Shown: positions 9,346 through 19,951, counted from the first letter of the stretch. The stretch: DNA of 64,000 nt from an uncultured Spirochaetota bacterium (GCA_963734495.1 CAVTHK010000007.1:256001-320000); one strand, 5' to 3'. Program-made: numbers and translations. Notes: a model not told the origin generated them from the sequence alone.

Positions 9346-10101
9346 TCAAAGGTCTCTGATCGGTGTCAGGACGTCGGCCTCGCCTTCGCCGATCGCGACG
9401 GTGTATTCGTAGTGCGCCGAGTCGCTGCGGTCGAGGGTGCGGACGGTCCAGCCGTCTTCGAGCACTTCCACTTCCCACGTGCCGCTGTTGATCATCGGCT
9501 CCAGAGCGATGACCATCCCCGCCTTCAGCCGCGGGTTCGGCCCCCGGCTCACGTAGTTGGGCACCTGCGGGTCCTCGTGCTGGGCGAACCCGACGCCGTG
9601 CCCGCAGAACTGCCGCACGACGCCGTAGCCGAGCCCCTCGGCGTGCGTCTGCACCGCGCGGCCGATGTCGTGGATCCTCGCGCCGCCGCGCGCGTCCTTG
9701 ACCGCGATGTCGAGACACTCGCGGGTGACCCGCATCAGGTCCCGCCGGGCGGCCGAGACCTCGCCCACGCCGAACGTCCACGCGGCGTCCGCGTAGAACC
9801 CGTGCAGCTCGACGCCGATGTCGAGCTTGACGAGGTCGCCGGCCTCCAGGCGGCGCTGGCCGGGGATCCCGTGGATCACCTGGTCGTTGACCGAGATGCA
9901 GGCGGAGGCCGGGTAGTCGAGATAGCCGAGGAACGAGGGCTGCGCGCCGCGGCTCTCTATGAGCCTGCGGGTCTCGCGGTCGAGGTCCGCGGTCTGGATC
10001 CCCGGCCGGATCATCCGGGCGACGTCCCTGATGGTGTCGGCGAGGATGACGCCCGCCTCCCGGATGCGGTCGATCTCGTGCGGGCTCTTGAGTCGGATCA
10101 T
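9346..10101 (-). CDS. map: Methionine aminopeptidase type I
   Basis: MIRLKS...IHGIP, GDLVKLDIG, CGHGVG, EPMIN, SAHYEYTV. Confidence 0.93.
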   Translation of the reverse strand: MIRLKSPHEIDRIREAGVILADTIRDVARMIRPGIQTADLDRETRRLIESRGAQPSFLGYLDYPASACISVNDQVIHGIPGQRRLEAGDLVKLDIGVELHGFYADAAWTFGVGEVSAARRDLMRVTRECLDIAVKDARGGARIHDIGRAVQTHAEGLGYGVVRQFCGHGVGFAQHEDPQVPNYVSRGPNPRLKAGMVIALEPMINSGTWEVEVLEDGWTVRTLDRSDSAHYEYTVAIGEGEADVLTPIRDL

Positions 10102-10578
10102 GACGCCGTCCCGGCGCCTACCCGGCATCGCGGACTTCTCGGCGCCCTTGCGGCCCGAGGGTTTCTCGGCGAGCAGGGTCTTGAACTCGTCGTCCGCGTC
10201 CGGCCCGTAGGCCTCCTCGACGAGCCTGCGGATGCTCTCGCTCTTGCCGCTCGTGATGGTGACCTGACCGTCGGCGATGACGCCCTGCTCCACGTTGAGC
10301 CTCGGCGTCGTGATGTCGCCGAGCACCTTGCCGGTCTGCACCAGGTTGACCTCCTCGCTGGCGGTGATGTTGCCGATGACGGTCCCCGCCACCGTCACGC
10401 GCCGGGCGGTGATGTCGGTGCGCACGCGGCCCGTGGGGCCGACGATGAGCTCGTCGTTGGTCTTGATCTCTCCCTTGAACTTGCCCTCGATCAGGATCGA
10501 GCCGTTCACGAAGAACCGCCCCTCGAAAATCGAGCCCTCGCCGATGGTGCAGTTGACGCTCTCGGTGACCTTGGCCAT
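10102..10578 (-). CDS. Bactofilin (polymer-forming cytoskeletal protein); reads in frame into map in this assembly
   Basis: TIGEGSIFEGRF...LIEGKFKGEI...VTVAGTVIGNITA...VLGDITTPRLNVEQG beta-helix repeats. Confidence 0.88.
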
Positions 10579-10681
10579 GCTTGCTCCTCGCCGCCCGCGC
10601 GCATCTGCGGGCGGCCCCGCGGGCCGAACCTGGTGCTCAGCGCGAATGCCGGCGGCATCATACCGGCAAGGCGCCGCCGTT

Positions 10682-11142
10682 TCAAGCTTCGCGGCGTTTG
10701 CGCGACGGCTTGCCGCCCTCTTCCGCAGCCCCGACCTGACGCTTGAGGATGCCGTCCAGCACGCCGTTGACGAAACGGTAGGAGTCGTCGGTTCCGAACT
10801 CCCGGGCGATATCGATCGCCTCGTCGATCGTGACCGACGCGGGAACGTCTTTGAGGAACAGCAGCGAGTAGACGCTGATCCGCAGGACCGCGAGGTCCAC
10901 GCGCGCGAGGCGGCTGAAGTCCCAGTGCTCGAGCTGCCGGCGGATCGCCTCGTCGACGTCTGCGATCCGTCTCGACGGTCCCGGCGATCAGGAGCCGCGC
11001 AAAGTCGACGCTCTCGCGCGGCACGCGGTCCGGCGCGTCGATCCACGAGAAGTCGAGGAGGTCCGGCGACGGCCTCCCGGGTGATCTCGTAGCGGTACAG
11101 CGTCTGGAAGGCGATCACCCGCCCGGCCCTGCGGACACCCAT
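10682..11142 (-). CDS. nusB: Transcription antitermination factor NusB (two apparent frameshifts)
   Basis: RRAGRVIAFQTLY ... WDFSRLARVDLAVLR ... TIDEAIDIAREFGTDDSYRFVNGVLD, spread over three frames. Confidence 0.88.
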
Positions 11143-11143
11143 A

Positions 11144-12197
11144 TCACCAGCTGAGCAGGCTGTCTTCGACCCGGATCTCCGCTTCGCCTCGCAGCTTCTT
11201 CGTGAGCTCGTCGGTGGCCTGCTTCACGATGTCGACGCGGCTCGTCTGGCGCAGCATCGCCCCGATCTGCTCCCTGACCGTCGTGGCGTTCTGCGGCGGG
11301 ATCTTGTCGTCGAGGCCGAGCACGCTGAACGGGATCTCCTCGATGATCTCGACGATGTGGTAGCCCGCGTTCGACTGCAGAACGCCCTTGACCTGCCCCG
11401 CCTTGGCGTCGAAGAGGGAATCGAAGAAGACCTTGCCGTACGTGACGCGCTTGTTCTCGTCGTCACGCCGCCACACGTCGAAGTTCAGCCCCCCGATACG
11501 CGTGGTCGCGCCCTCGAGGTAGACCTCCTGGAACTTGTCGAAGGGCGTGCCGGCCTGGATCGTGCGGTAGATCTCGTCCGCCTTGGCCTTGGCGCGGTCC
11601 GCGTCGGCGGGCGAGAGGCCGGTGGTGAGCAGGACGATCTGCTTGAAGCGCACCATCTCCGGCGAGACGAAGCGCGTCCGGTTGGCGTTGTAGTAGTCGC
11701 GGATCTCGGCGTCGGTCGGGTCCTTGACGCTGTCGAGCAGGGGCTTCTGCTCCTTGGCCACCAGCTTTTCCACCGTGATCTTGTCGGTGACCTGCTCGAC
11801 GAACTTCTCGTACGTCGTCCCCTGCTGCCGCAGGAGCTCCTTGAGCTCCGTGTCCGAGAACGGGCGGGTCGGCCGCCCGAGCTGCCGCGCGAAATCCTGC
11901 TTGTAGGCGTCGAGCGTCCGGTCGACTTCGGCGGACGTCGCCCGCACGTGCTCCCTGTCGGCCGCCTGCAGCAGGAGCTTCTCGTCGACGAGCGCGTCCA
12001 GGTACTGCTCGCGCTGGTCCTTGGTCAACGGCCGCTTGAGGCCTTCCTCGATGCTCTCCGACCTGCTGGCGGAACTGCTTCTGGGTGATGACTTCGACCT
12101 TGGTCAGCTTGACGCGCGCGATCGTCGGATCGATCTGAGCGCTTGCCAGCGTGGCGGCGAGCGCAAGGAGCGCTCCCAGGACTGTCACTCGCTTCAC
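11144..12197 (-). CDS. SurA/PrsA-like peptidyl-prolyl isomerase chaperone (frameshift near 12060)
   Basis: Signal peptide, LVDEKLLLQAA, PTDAEIRDYYNANR..F..PE, QSNAGYHIV parvulin-like region. Confidence 0.8.
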
Positions 12198-12243
12198 TGT
12201 CCCACTTCCTCGAAAAAGAGTCCTGTCGTGCTTCAATGTATCA

Positions 12244-13050
12244 TCAGGAGACGGAGTATTCGGGCATCCCGATCCGCTCCCTGAGCTTCTTGATCCCGGG
12301 GAGCTTGACGTCCATCTCCAGGCCCCTCCGCAGAGCCTCTGCCGCCAGATCCCGCCTTCCGGCGGTCATGTAGATCTCCGCGATCTTCTTGTAGAAGAAC
12401 GCCTTGTCTTTTCGCGGCAGATCGAACGCGAGGAGCTGTTTGAGACACGCGATGTTCACCTGCGGCGGAATCTTCCTCACCATCCGGAAACAGGCAAGCG
12501 TCTTGATCCTCTCCAGCACCTCGTCGATGAAGTGCCGGAAATAGGGCTTGCGGATCTCGTCCACGTACAGCTGCTTGAACAGCTCGAACGCCACCAGATA
12601 CTCCCCCCGCCGCTCGAACTGCTCGGCCAGGAGGAACGTGCAGTCCATGTAGTCGCCCCAGTTCAGGTAGACGTCGAGCCGGAACCCCGCCGTGGCCATG
12701 AGCACGCGGTAGAGGCGGACCGCCTCTTCGTCGCGGTCGTGGAGCAGGTCGTACAGAAGGAGCCGCGACTGGCTCGCCATGTCGTGCCTTCGCTTCTCGA
12801 GGAAGGCCCGATAGTCGAACCGCAGGGCCGCCTGACGGTGAAACGACTCCAGTCTCTTGTCGTACTCGGCGCGGCTGTCCGGGTCGCTCAGGACCTCGTA
12901 GGCGCGGAGGAGGAGCTTCATCTCCTCAGCTCCATCCAGCGAGGCGCTCAGGTCGGGGTGGACCTCTTTCGCCCGCCTGCGGAAAGCCCTTTTGACCTCG
13001 GCAGCTGAAGAGCCGGGATCCACTCCCAGGACTTGATAATAATCCGTCAA
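12244..13050 (-). CDS. J-domain (DnaJ-like) protein with helical/TPR-like C-terminus
   Basis: DYYQVLGV...HPD...AYEVLSDP..RAEYD J-domain. Confidence 0.88.
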   Translation of the reverse strand: MTDYYQVLGVDPGSSAAEVKRAFRRRAKEVHPDLSASLDGAEEMKLLLRAYEVLSDPDSRAEYDKRLESFHRQAALRFDYRAFLEKRRHDMASQSRLLLYDLLHDRDEEAVRLYRVLMATAGFRLDVYLNWGDYMDCTFLLAEQFERRGEYLVAFELFKQLYVDEIRKPYFRHFIDEVLERIKTLACFRMVRKIPPQVNIACLKQLLAFDLPRKDKAFFYKKIAEIYMTAGRRDLAAEALRRGLEMDVKLPGIKKLRERIGMPEYSVS

Positions 13051-13079
13051 GGCGCCTACACCTCAGCTGTTTGCGCACC

Positions 13080-13108
13080 ATCATATCCGATTATGGGCTC
13101 GAAATCAA
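13080..13108 (-). promoter_or_regulatory. Putative sigma70 promoter of the J-domain gene operon
   Basis: Minus strand TTGATT-N17-TATGAT. Confidence 0.55.
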
Positions 13109-13183
13109 CCGTTGGCGCTTCGGCATCGCCCCGCTGCCGGCCCGGGCTCGCCCACTGCCGCCGCGACGGTTCGCACGCTCTCC

Positions 13184-13213
13184 TTGAACGCGGTGCACGC
13201 CGAGTGCTATAGT
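13184..13213 (+). promoter_or_regulatory. Putative sigma70 promoter with extended -10
   Basis: TTGAAC-N18-TATAGT preceded by TG; ATG 6 nt downstream. Confidence 0.6.
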
Positions 13214-13219
13214 GCGGCC

Positions 13220-14008
13220 ATGTTTTCTTTTCTGATCAAGAAAGCTTTCTTCGACCTCTGGGACAACCTGTTCAGGGTCATCCTGTTGAACCTGGGCTAC
13301 ATCGCGGTCGTCGGACTGGCCATTCTCGTCCCGTACGGCGTGAACTACGTCCCGTTTGTCCCGGAGTTCGTGAAGATCCTGCTCGCCATCCTGGTCCCCG
13401 TGTCCATGGTCGCCGTGTACACCGGCGGCGCCAGCCACATGTGCCGGGCCATCTCCGACTATCAGGAGCCGGGCTTCAGGGACCTGGCGGGGTACCTCAA
13501 GGAGACCTGGAAGCCCAGCCTCCTGTTCGCCGCGGTGAACACGGCGATCGTGTTCTTCCTGAGCCTCGCCATGCCGTTCTACCTGCAGATCAAGAACCTC
13601 CTCGGCCCCGTGGCGTTCGCGTTCCTGTTCTGGGTGGCCATCATCTGGGCCTTCTCCATCCAGTACTTCTTCCCCCTGCAGTCGCGCGTGAACACCGTGT
13701 TCCGCAAGAACATGCGCAAGATCTTCCTGCTGTTCTTCGACAACACGATGTTCTCGATCGGCCTCGCGATCGGGGCGATCGCGACGTTCGTGCTGTCGGG
13801 CTTTACCGCCTTCATGCTGCCCGGAATCGCCGCCGTCCTGCTGTGGCACAACGAAGGGCTCAAGCTGCGGATGTACAAGTACGACTGGCTCGAGGCGAAC
13901 CCCGGCGCGAACCGCAAGCAGGTCCCCTGGGATGCCCTCCTCGTCGAGGACAAGGAGCGGGTCGGCAAGCGGACGCTGCGGGGGATGATCTTCCCCTGGA
14001 AGGAATAG
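13220..14008 (+). CDS. Conserved integral membrane protein
   Basis: About six hydrophobic segments; MFSFLIKKAFFDLWDN...GMIFPWKE. Confidence 0.85.
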   Translation: MFSFLIKKAFFDLWDNLFRVILLNLGYIAVVGLAILVPYGVNYVPFVPEFVKILLAILVPVSMVAVYTGGASHMCRAISDYQEPGFRDLAGYLKETWKPSLLFAAVNTAIVFFLSLAMPFYLQIKNLLGPVAFAFLFWVAIIWAFSIQYFFPLQSRVNTVFRKNMRKIFLLFFDNTMFSIGLAIGAIATFVLSGFTAFMLPGIAAVLLWHNEGLKLRMYKYDWLEANPGANRKQVPWDALLVEDKERVGKRTLRGMIFPWKE

Positions 14009-14057
14009 GGAGCGCCGTCCGGCCGCGGCAGCGCCCTGCACGTTCAGGCGGTGCGGG

Positions 14058-14486
14058 TCAGGCGGCGGGCTGCTGGAGGCGGAGGCGCTTGCCGATCTCC
14101 ACGGCCTCGACGTCCGACTGCAGGATCTCGGAGCTCTTGAGGAACATACCCTCCTTCTCCATGGCCTGCATGAGACGGAAGAGCGCGCGCGTGGAGCCGA
14201 GGAACGTCTTGGGGACGAAGGCGAAGCACCGCTTGCCCGAGACCATCCCGGCCGAGGACAGGAACTGCGCGACCCTGTCCGAGATCTTGCCCCCGAACAT
14301 GGAGATGGGCTCGGTCCCGACGGCGATGTAGTTGTAGATCGTGAGCTTCGCGTTCGAGTCACGGCTGCCGTCGAGCACGTCCGCCTGGTGCCCGCCCTGC
14401 GCCTCGATGCCCCGCGCGACCGCGCGCGCGAGCTTCATGAGCTTGTCCCGGTTCTTCTCCGCGATGAACACAACGGCCACTCGCAT
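14058..14486 (-). CDS. Flavodoxin-fold hypothetical protein
   Basis: Beta-alpha pattern MRVAVVF...LARAVARGI...YNYIAVGT...GKRCFAFV. Confidence 0.65.
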   Translation of the reverse strand: MRVAVVFIAEKNRDKLMKLARAVARGIEAQGGHQADVLDGSRDSNAKLTIYNYIAVGTEPISMFGGKISDRVAQFLSSAGMVSGKRCFAFVPKTFLGSTRALFRLMQAMEKEGMFLKSSEILQSDVEAVEIGKRLRLQQPAA

Positions 14487-14591
14487 CGTCCACCTCTTCG
14501 CGCCGCACCTCAGCGGGCTCGCGGCTCGAGCCCGGATGCCGGCTGGTTACCTGTCGGCCCGTCCGCGCCGGCCCGGGCAGGAGCGCCCGGG

Positions 14592-15017
14592 CTAGTTGCC
14601 CTTGGGAGCCGGAGCCGCGGCAGGAGCGGGAGCCGCCTGGGCCGGCGCCTGCGCAGCCGGGGCCTGCGGCGCCGCGGGCGTCGCCGCCTGCGCGTCGGCC
14701 GGCTTGGGCGCGGTGTTCGGAGCGTACCAGTCGCTGGGCGCGTTCTGCTCGGCCTGCCGGGCCCGTGCCCGTGCCTCGACGTCGTCGGAGGACGGGCTGC
14801 GGTTCAGCCACGCCACCCCGAAGGCCGACATCAGGAATATGGCGGCCAGGATCGTCGTCGCCCGCGTGAGGATGTTGCCCGCGCGCGAGCCGAACGGCGT
14901 CCCGCTGCCGCCCCCGAACATGCCGCCGACCCCTTCGCCCTGGTCGTCCTGCAGCAGCACGAGGGCCGCGAGCAGGATCGCGCTGATCACGAAGATGATC
15001 GTCAATAGGATGACCAT
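14592..15017 (-). CDS. secG: Preprotein translocase subunit SecG
   Basis: LVLLQ...GGMFGGG..PFGSR.GNILTRAT; follows tpiA; Ala/Pro-rich tail. Confidence 0.92.
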   Translation of the reverse strand: MVILLTIIFVISAILLAALVLLQDDQGEGVGGMFGGGSGTPFGSRAGNILTRATTILAAIFLMSAFGVAWLNRSPSSDDVEARARARQAEQNAPSDWYAPNTAPKPADAQAATPAAPQAPAAQAPAQAAPAPAAAPAPKGN

Positions 15018-15034
15018 GTAACCCTTCCCCTTTC

Positions 15035-15793
15035 CTAACGCGCAACCCGGGCGATGGGCAGGAACGCGTCGGCGGTGAGCGACGCTCCCCCTACGAGCGC
15101 CCCGTCGACGTCCTGCATGGACATCAGGCCCCGGATGTTGTCCGCCTTGACCGATCCGCCGTATTGGATGATCAGCTTCTCCGACGCGGAAGCGGAGTAG
15201 AGCTTCGCGACGAGGCGGCGGATCACGGCGTGGATCGCCTGCGCGTCCTGCGGCGTCGCGGTCTTGCCGGTCCCGATCGCCCAGACCGGCTCGTACGCGA
15301 TCGTTACCGACGCGAGCGACTTTTCGGCGACTCCGGCGAGCCCCTGCCGCACCTGGTCCTCGACCAGCTTTTCAGTGATGCCGCGCTCGCGCTCCTCGAG
15401 CGTCTCGCCGACGCAGAGGATCACCTCGAGCCCCTGCTCGAGCGCGAGCCGGACCTTGCGGTTGATGAGCGCATCCTGCTCGCCGTACGTGTGCCGGCGC
15501 TCCGAGTGGCCCAGGATCACGGTCCGCACGCCGACGTCCTTGAGCATCGCCGGCGACACCTCGCCCGTGTGCGCCCCCGACGTCTCGGGCCCCATGTTCT
15601 GAGCACCGAGGAGGACAGCGGTCCCCGAGACGACCCGCGCGACGCGCTCCAGCGCCGTAAACGGCGGAGCGATCATCACGCGGTTCGGGCAGCCCTTGAC
15701 GCCCTCCACCACCGCCCGGGCGAGCGCCTCGGCCTCGGCCGCGAGCTTGTTCATCTTCCAGTTGCCTGCGATATACGGTGTTCTCGATGCCAT
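15035..15793 (-). CDS. tpiA: Triosephosphate isomerase
   Basis: [36 protein letters not shown]. Confidence 0.97.
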   Translation of the reverse strand: MASRTPYIAGNWKMNKLAAEAEALARAVVEGVKGCPNRVMIAPPFTALERVARVVSGTAVLLGAQNMGPETSGAHTGEVSPAMLKDVGVRTVILGHSERRHTYGEQDALINRKVRLALEQGLEVILCVGETLEERERGITEKLVEDQVRQGLAGVAEKSLASVTIAYEPVWAIGTGKTATPQDAQAIHAVIRRLVAKLYSASASEKLIIQYGGSVKADNIRGLMSMQDVDGALVGGASLTADAFLPIARVAR

Positions 15794-15805
15794 CCCGGGT
15801 TCCCT

Positions 15806-16977
15806 TCAGTCTTTCAGTATCGCCACCCCGGGGAGCACCTTGCCCTCCAGGAATTCGAGCGACGCGCCGCCGCCGGTGGACACGTGCGTCATCTTCGCCG
15901 CCAGGCCGAACTGGTTGACGGCGGCCACGGAGTCGCCTCCGCCCACGACCGTCACGCCCTTGCAGGCGGCCACCGCCTTCGCGACGCCGTGAGTCCCCTC
16001 GGCGAAGGCCGCGAACTCGCTCACGCCGAGCGGGCCGTTCCAGACGACGGTGGCCGCCTTGGACACCCTGGCGCGGATGCGCTCGAGCGTCTTCTTGCCG
16101 ATGTCCATGCCGATCATCCCGTCCGGGATGTCGAGCCCGTCGACAGGAACCGCCTTTGCGGTCTCGGCGAACTCCGAGGCCACGAGGTGATCGACGGGAG
16201 GATGATCTCAACCTTGCCCGCCTTGGCGAGCAGGCTCTTCGCCGTGTCCAGGAACTCGTCCTCGACCAGCGACTTGCCCACTTTGTGGCCCTGCGCCTTG
16301 AGGAACGTGTAGGCCATCGCACCGCCGATGACGAGGCAGTCGACCTTGGGCAGCAGGTTCTCGAGCACGGCGATCTTGGTCGACACCTTGGCACCCCCGA
16401 TGATCGCCACAAAGGGGTGCTTGGGCTTCTCCACGACATCGCCGAGGAACTTGATCTCTTTTTCCATGAGGAAGCCGGCCACCGAAGGGAGGTAGCGCGC
16501 GATCCCCTCGGTAGAGGCGTGCGCGCGGTGAGCGGTGCCGAAGGCGTCGTTGACGTACACGTCGCCCAGCGCCGCCAGCTGCTTCGCGAAGGCCGGGTCG
16601 TTCTTCTCCTCCTCCGCGTGGAAGCGCAGATTCTCGAGCAGCAGGACCCCGCCCGGCTTGAGCTCGGAAGCCATGCGGGCGACTTCGGGGCCGATGCAGT
16701 CGGGGGCGAGCCTGACCTCGCGCCCGAGCAGCTCCTGGAAACGGGCGGCCACCGGCGCCAGGCTCTGCTCCGGGTCGCGTCCCTTGGGCCGCCCGAGGTG
16801 GCTCATGCAGATGAGCGATGCGCCGGGCTGCCCGAGGATGTAGCGGACGGTCTCCAGCGCCGCCTGGATGCGCGTGTCGTCGGTGACCTTGCCTCCCTTT
16901 AGGGGGACGTTGAAATCGACGCGCATCACGACCCGCTTGCCCTTGAGGTCGATGTCGCGAACTGTCTTCTTTGCCAT
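15806..16977 (-). CDS. pgk: Phosphoglycerate kinase (1-nt frameshift near 16195)
   Basis: [26 protein letters not shown] in one frame; [20 protein letters not shown] in the next. Confidence 0.95.
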
Positions 16978-17119
16978 CAGGTGCCTCCTTCGCGCGGGCG
17001 CAGCGTGGTCATGGCGCGCTCGCCTGAGCTCTTGCCAGGCTCATGACACTGTCGCCTCTGTCGGCACGCGGCCATGACGCAGGCGTAGCGCAGGCGCCGA
17101 CCATCCCGTCTATCTTTCT

Positions 17120-17148
17120 AAATAACCGGAAAGCGCCCGCCGTGTCAA
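17120..17148 (-). promoter_or_regulatory. Putative promoter of pgk-tpiA-secG
   Basis: Minus strand TTGACA overlapping the upstream stop codon, N17, weak AT-rich -10 (TTATTT). Confidence 0.45.
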
Positions 17149-19118
17149 TTCGCGGCGCCCTTTTTTGGCGCCGGAACGACGAAATCGCCGGGATTTACGA
17201 GGTCGAAGAAGGACTTGGGGCGGATGGTGCCTTCGGAGACCTTCTCGTCGACGGCCGTCACGTCGATCTCGCCAACGACGTCCTGATCGCGATAGGTCCA
17301 GCCCGGCCGCGAGGCGTCCGTGCCCAGCCCGCCCCTGCGCACGATGACGAGCTTCGCGTCCTTCGCCAGCCCGTGCCAGCTTCCCAGGTCGACGAGCGCC
17401 TGGTCGAACTCGCGGGCGACGATCGTGCCACGCAGCGGCACCAGCTCGGCGACCTGCTCGCCGAGCCTCGAGAGCGCGTCGCGCACGCGGTTGTTCCCCG
17501 TGCGAAGCTGGGACACCGAGGCCAGGCGCTCGCCGGTGCGGGTGAGGCGCAGCGCGGCCGACGCGCGCAGGCTCCGCTCCTGCTCCTCGAACGCGTACAC
17601 GACGTAGTAGTCGCTGCCGGCGGCGCGAGCCGCCGCGTGGGCCGCCTCGGCGCCGGCGACACCGAGCGGTGACTCGACGACCTGGAGGTGATCGTAGCGC
17701 TGCAGCAGGTCCCGCGAGTACTCGGCCAGCTCCGGGCCGCTGCCGTAGTGGGTCTCCCGGTTGTCGGGCGCGATCGTGAACACGGCGAGCTTGACCGGAG
17801 AGCGAGCCAGCGCGTACTGGTCGGCCACCGTGTCGCACCCTTTGAGCGTGCCCAGCCTCTCGGTCCAGCGCGATGCCGGCGTGTCCGCCAGGCTGCTGCA
17901 CCCTTCCTCGATCTGGTCGGTCACGGTCGTGTCGCGGACCCCGTAGAAATCCCGCAGGAGCACCAGCTCGTTGAGCGAGCGGATGGGAAAGCCGCGCAGG
18001 CGGTACACGTCCGCGTACGCCACCCGCGCGTCCCGCAGCTCTGGGTCCAGGCGCAGCGCGCGGCGGAGCTCGAGCAGCGCCAGCGGCAGCATGTTGCGCG
18101 CCTCGAGGCGCTGGCCCTCGCGAAAGTGATAGCGCGCGAGCTCGCGCCGGAAGCTCTCGTTGACGCGCGGATCGCGCAGGGCCAGGTTTTCGGCGGCGAT
18201 CCGGGCGGCCTCGTCTTCGGGCGCAAGCCGGATCGCCTCTGCGAAGTTCCGCAGGGCCTCGGCGGCGTCGGGAAGCCTCTCGGCCGCCACCGCGGCGAGG
18301 TACCGGGCGGCGTTGCGGACCCTGGCGTCGCTCGAGGCAAGAGCCTGCTTCGCGGCGTCGGCGGCGTCGCGCGGGCGGCCGGAGGCGAGGGCGACCTCCG
18401 CGAGGGCGACCTTCGCCTCGGCATACGCCGGCCTGATGGCCAGCGCCCGCTCGAGCGACCGGCGCGCCCCCGCCAGGTCCCCGCGATCGAGGAGGGCCCG
18501 CCCGGCGGCGAGATGGATCCGCGGGTCTTCGGAGTAGCGGTCCACGGCCCGGCGCAGGTAGGGGTCGGCGCGCTCCGGCTGCCCGAGGGCGTCGTAGGCC
18601 TGCGAGAGGTCCAGCAGCGCTTCGGCGTTGTCCGGCGCGACCGCGACCGCCTGCTCGAGCTGCAGGGCGGCCTCGCGGCGGTTCCCGTCCGCGCTCTCGA
18701 CCTCGGCGAGCGCGATCCTCGCCTGCACGTCGTTCGGCGCCTCGGCGAGCACGGAACGGAGCAGCGTCCGCGCCGCGGCCAGGTCGCCCATCGCCGCGCG
18801 GACGCGGGCCTCCAGCGACGCGAGCTCGAGGCTCCTGCGGTCGCCCCGCCGCGCCTCGGTCACCCACTTGAGCGCCTCGTCCTGCTCGCCGAGGGCGTGG
18901 AAGCTCTCAGCCAGCCCGACCATGGGCAGGACGTAGGCCGGGTTCGCCCGCAGCGAGGCCCGGTAGCTGTCTACGGCGCCCGTATAGTCCTCGGCGAGCT
19001 GCCGCGCGAGGCCTTCCTCGTAGAGCCGCACCGCCTCGCCGCCGGCGGGCGCCTGGGCGGAGGCGACCGCTGCCGCGAGGGCGAGCAGCAGCGCCGCGAC
19101 CCGCACCGACGTTCTCAC
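17145..19118 (-). CDS. Exported tetratricopeptide-repeat protein with C-terminal beta domain
   Basis: Signal peptide (ASA-Q), multiple TPR units, C-terminal VDLG..HGL...VGEIDV beta region. Confidence 0.85.
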   Translation of the reverse strand: MRTSVRVAALLLALAAAVASAQAPAGGEAVRLYEEGLARQLAEDYTGAVDSYRASLRANPAYVLPMVGLAESFHALGEQDEALKWVTEARRGDRRSLELASLEARVRAAMGDLAAARTLLRSVLAEAPNDVQARIALAEVESADGNRREAALQLEQAVAVAPDNAEALLDLSQAYDALGQPERADPYLRRAVDRYSEDPRIHLAAGRALLDRGDLAGARRSLERALAIRPAYAEAKVALAEVALASGRPRDAADAAKQALASSDARVRNAARYLAAVAAERLPDAAEALRNFAEAIRLAPEDEAARIAAENLALRDPRVNESFRRELARYHFREGQRLEARNMLPLALLELRRALRLDPELRDARVAYADVYRLRGFPIRSLNELVLLRDFYGVRDTTVTDQIEEGCSSLADTPASRWTERLGTLKGCDTVADQYALARSPVKLAVFTIAPDNRETHYGSGPELAEYSRDLLQRYDHLQVVESPLGVAGAEAAHAAARAAGSDYYVVYAFEEQERSLRASAALRLTRTGERLASVSQLRTGNNRVRDALSRLGEQVAELVPLRGTIVAREFDQALVDLGSWHGLAKDAKLVIVRRGGLGTDASRPGWTYRDQDVVGEIDVTAVDEKVSEGTIRPKSFFDLVNPGDFVVPAPKKGAAN

Positions 19119-19951
19119 TCGCCGTCCTCCTCGCCGGCCGGGGGCCGGTTCAGCACGACCTTGACCGTCACGATCTTGTGGCCGTCCATCTCCTGGACGA
19201 TGAAATCAACGGTCCCGTGGCTCGTCTTTTCGAACGGGATGGGGATGCGTCCGAAGAGGTCGAAGACAAAGCCGCCCAGCGTGTCGAATCCGCCCTCAGG
19301 GAGGGCGGCGCCGGTCTTCTTGTTGAACTCCTCAAGCGAGACGCGGGCGTCGCACAGGTAGACCCGCTCGCCGATTTCCTCGACCCGCTGCCGTTCGTCG
19401 TCGAACTCGTCCTGGATCTCCCCGACGATCTCCTCGAGGACGTCTTCCATGGTGACGATGCCCGAGGTGCCGCCGTATTCGTCCACGGCCACGGCGATGT
19501 GCAGCTTGCGGCGCCGGAACTCCCGCAGAAGGGAATCCACCTTCTTGCTCTCCGGCACGAAGTACGGCTTGCGCACGACCGGCGCTATGGCGCCCGCGAT
19601 CCCCTCGGCCACGACCAGGCGCAGCAGGTCCTTGGCGTGCAGGATCCCGACGATGTTGTCGATCGTGCCCTGGTACACCGGGAACCGCGAGTGGCCGCTC
19701 TCGGCTATGGCGCGCGCGAGGTCCGCGGCGGGCGTGTCGATGGGGAGGCTGATCATGTCGATCCGCGGCACCATGATCTCCTTGACCGTCGTCTGCGAGA
19801 GGTCCAGGATCCCCTGGATCATCTCCCGGCCCTCGCTGCCGACCTTCGAGAGGTCGGGCGTCGCGCCGTCATGGGACGACCCGAGCCTGCCGAAGAGCCT
19901 CTCGAGGAACCTCCCCCGCGGCGAGCGCGAGGCATCGGGCGTCCGCTTCAA
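19115..19951 (-). CDS. CorC/TlyC CBS-domain protein
   Basis: VKEIMVPR, SGHSRFPV, VDEYGGTSGIVTMEDVLEEIVGEI, DTLGG. Confidence 0.92.
   Translation of the reverse strand: MKRTPDASRSPRGRFLERLFGRLGSSHDGATPDLSKVGSEGREMIQGILDLSQTTVKEIMVPRIDMISLPIDTPAADLARAIAESGHSRFPVYQGTIDNIVGILHAKDLLRLVVAEGIAGAIAPVVRKPYFVPESKKVDSLLREFRRRKLHIAVAVDEYGGTSGIVTMEDVLEEIVGEIQDEFDDERQRVEEIGERVYLCDARVSLEEFNKKTGAALPEGGFDTLGGFVFDLFGRIPIPFEKTSHGTVDFIVQEMDGHKIVTVKVVLNRPPAGEEDGE

Noticed and set aside
15035..16977. Programmed frameshift making a PGK-TPI fusion as in Thermotoga
   Set aside because: The break is inside pgk at a short C/G run, and pgk has its own stop before a separate tpiA start
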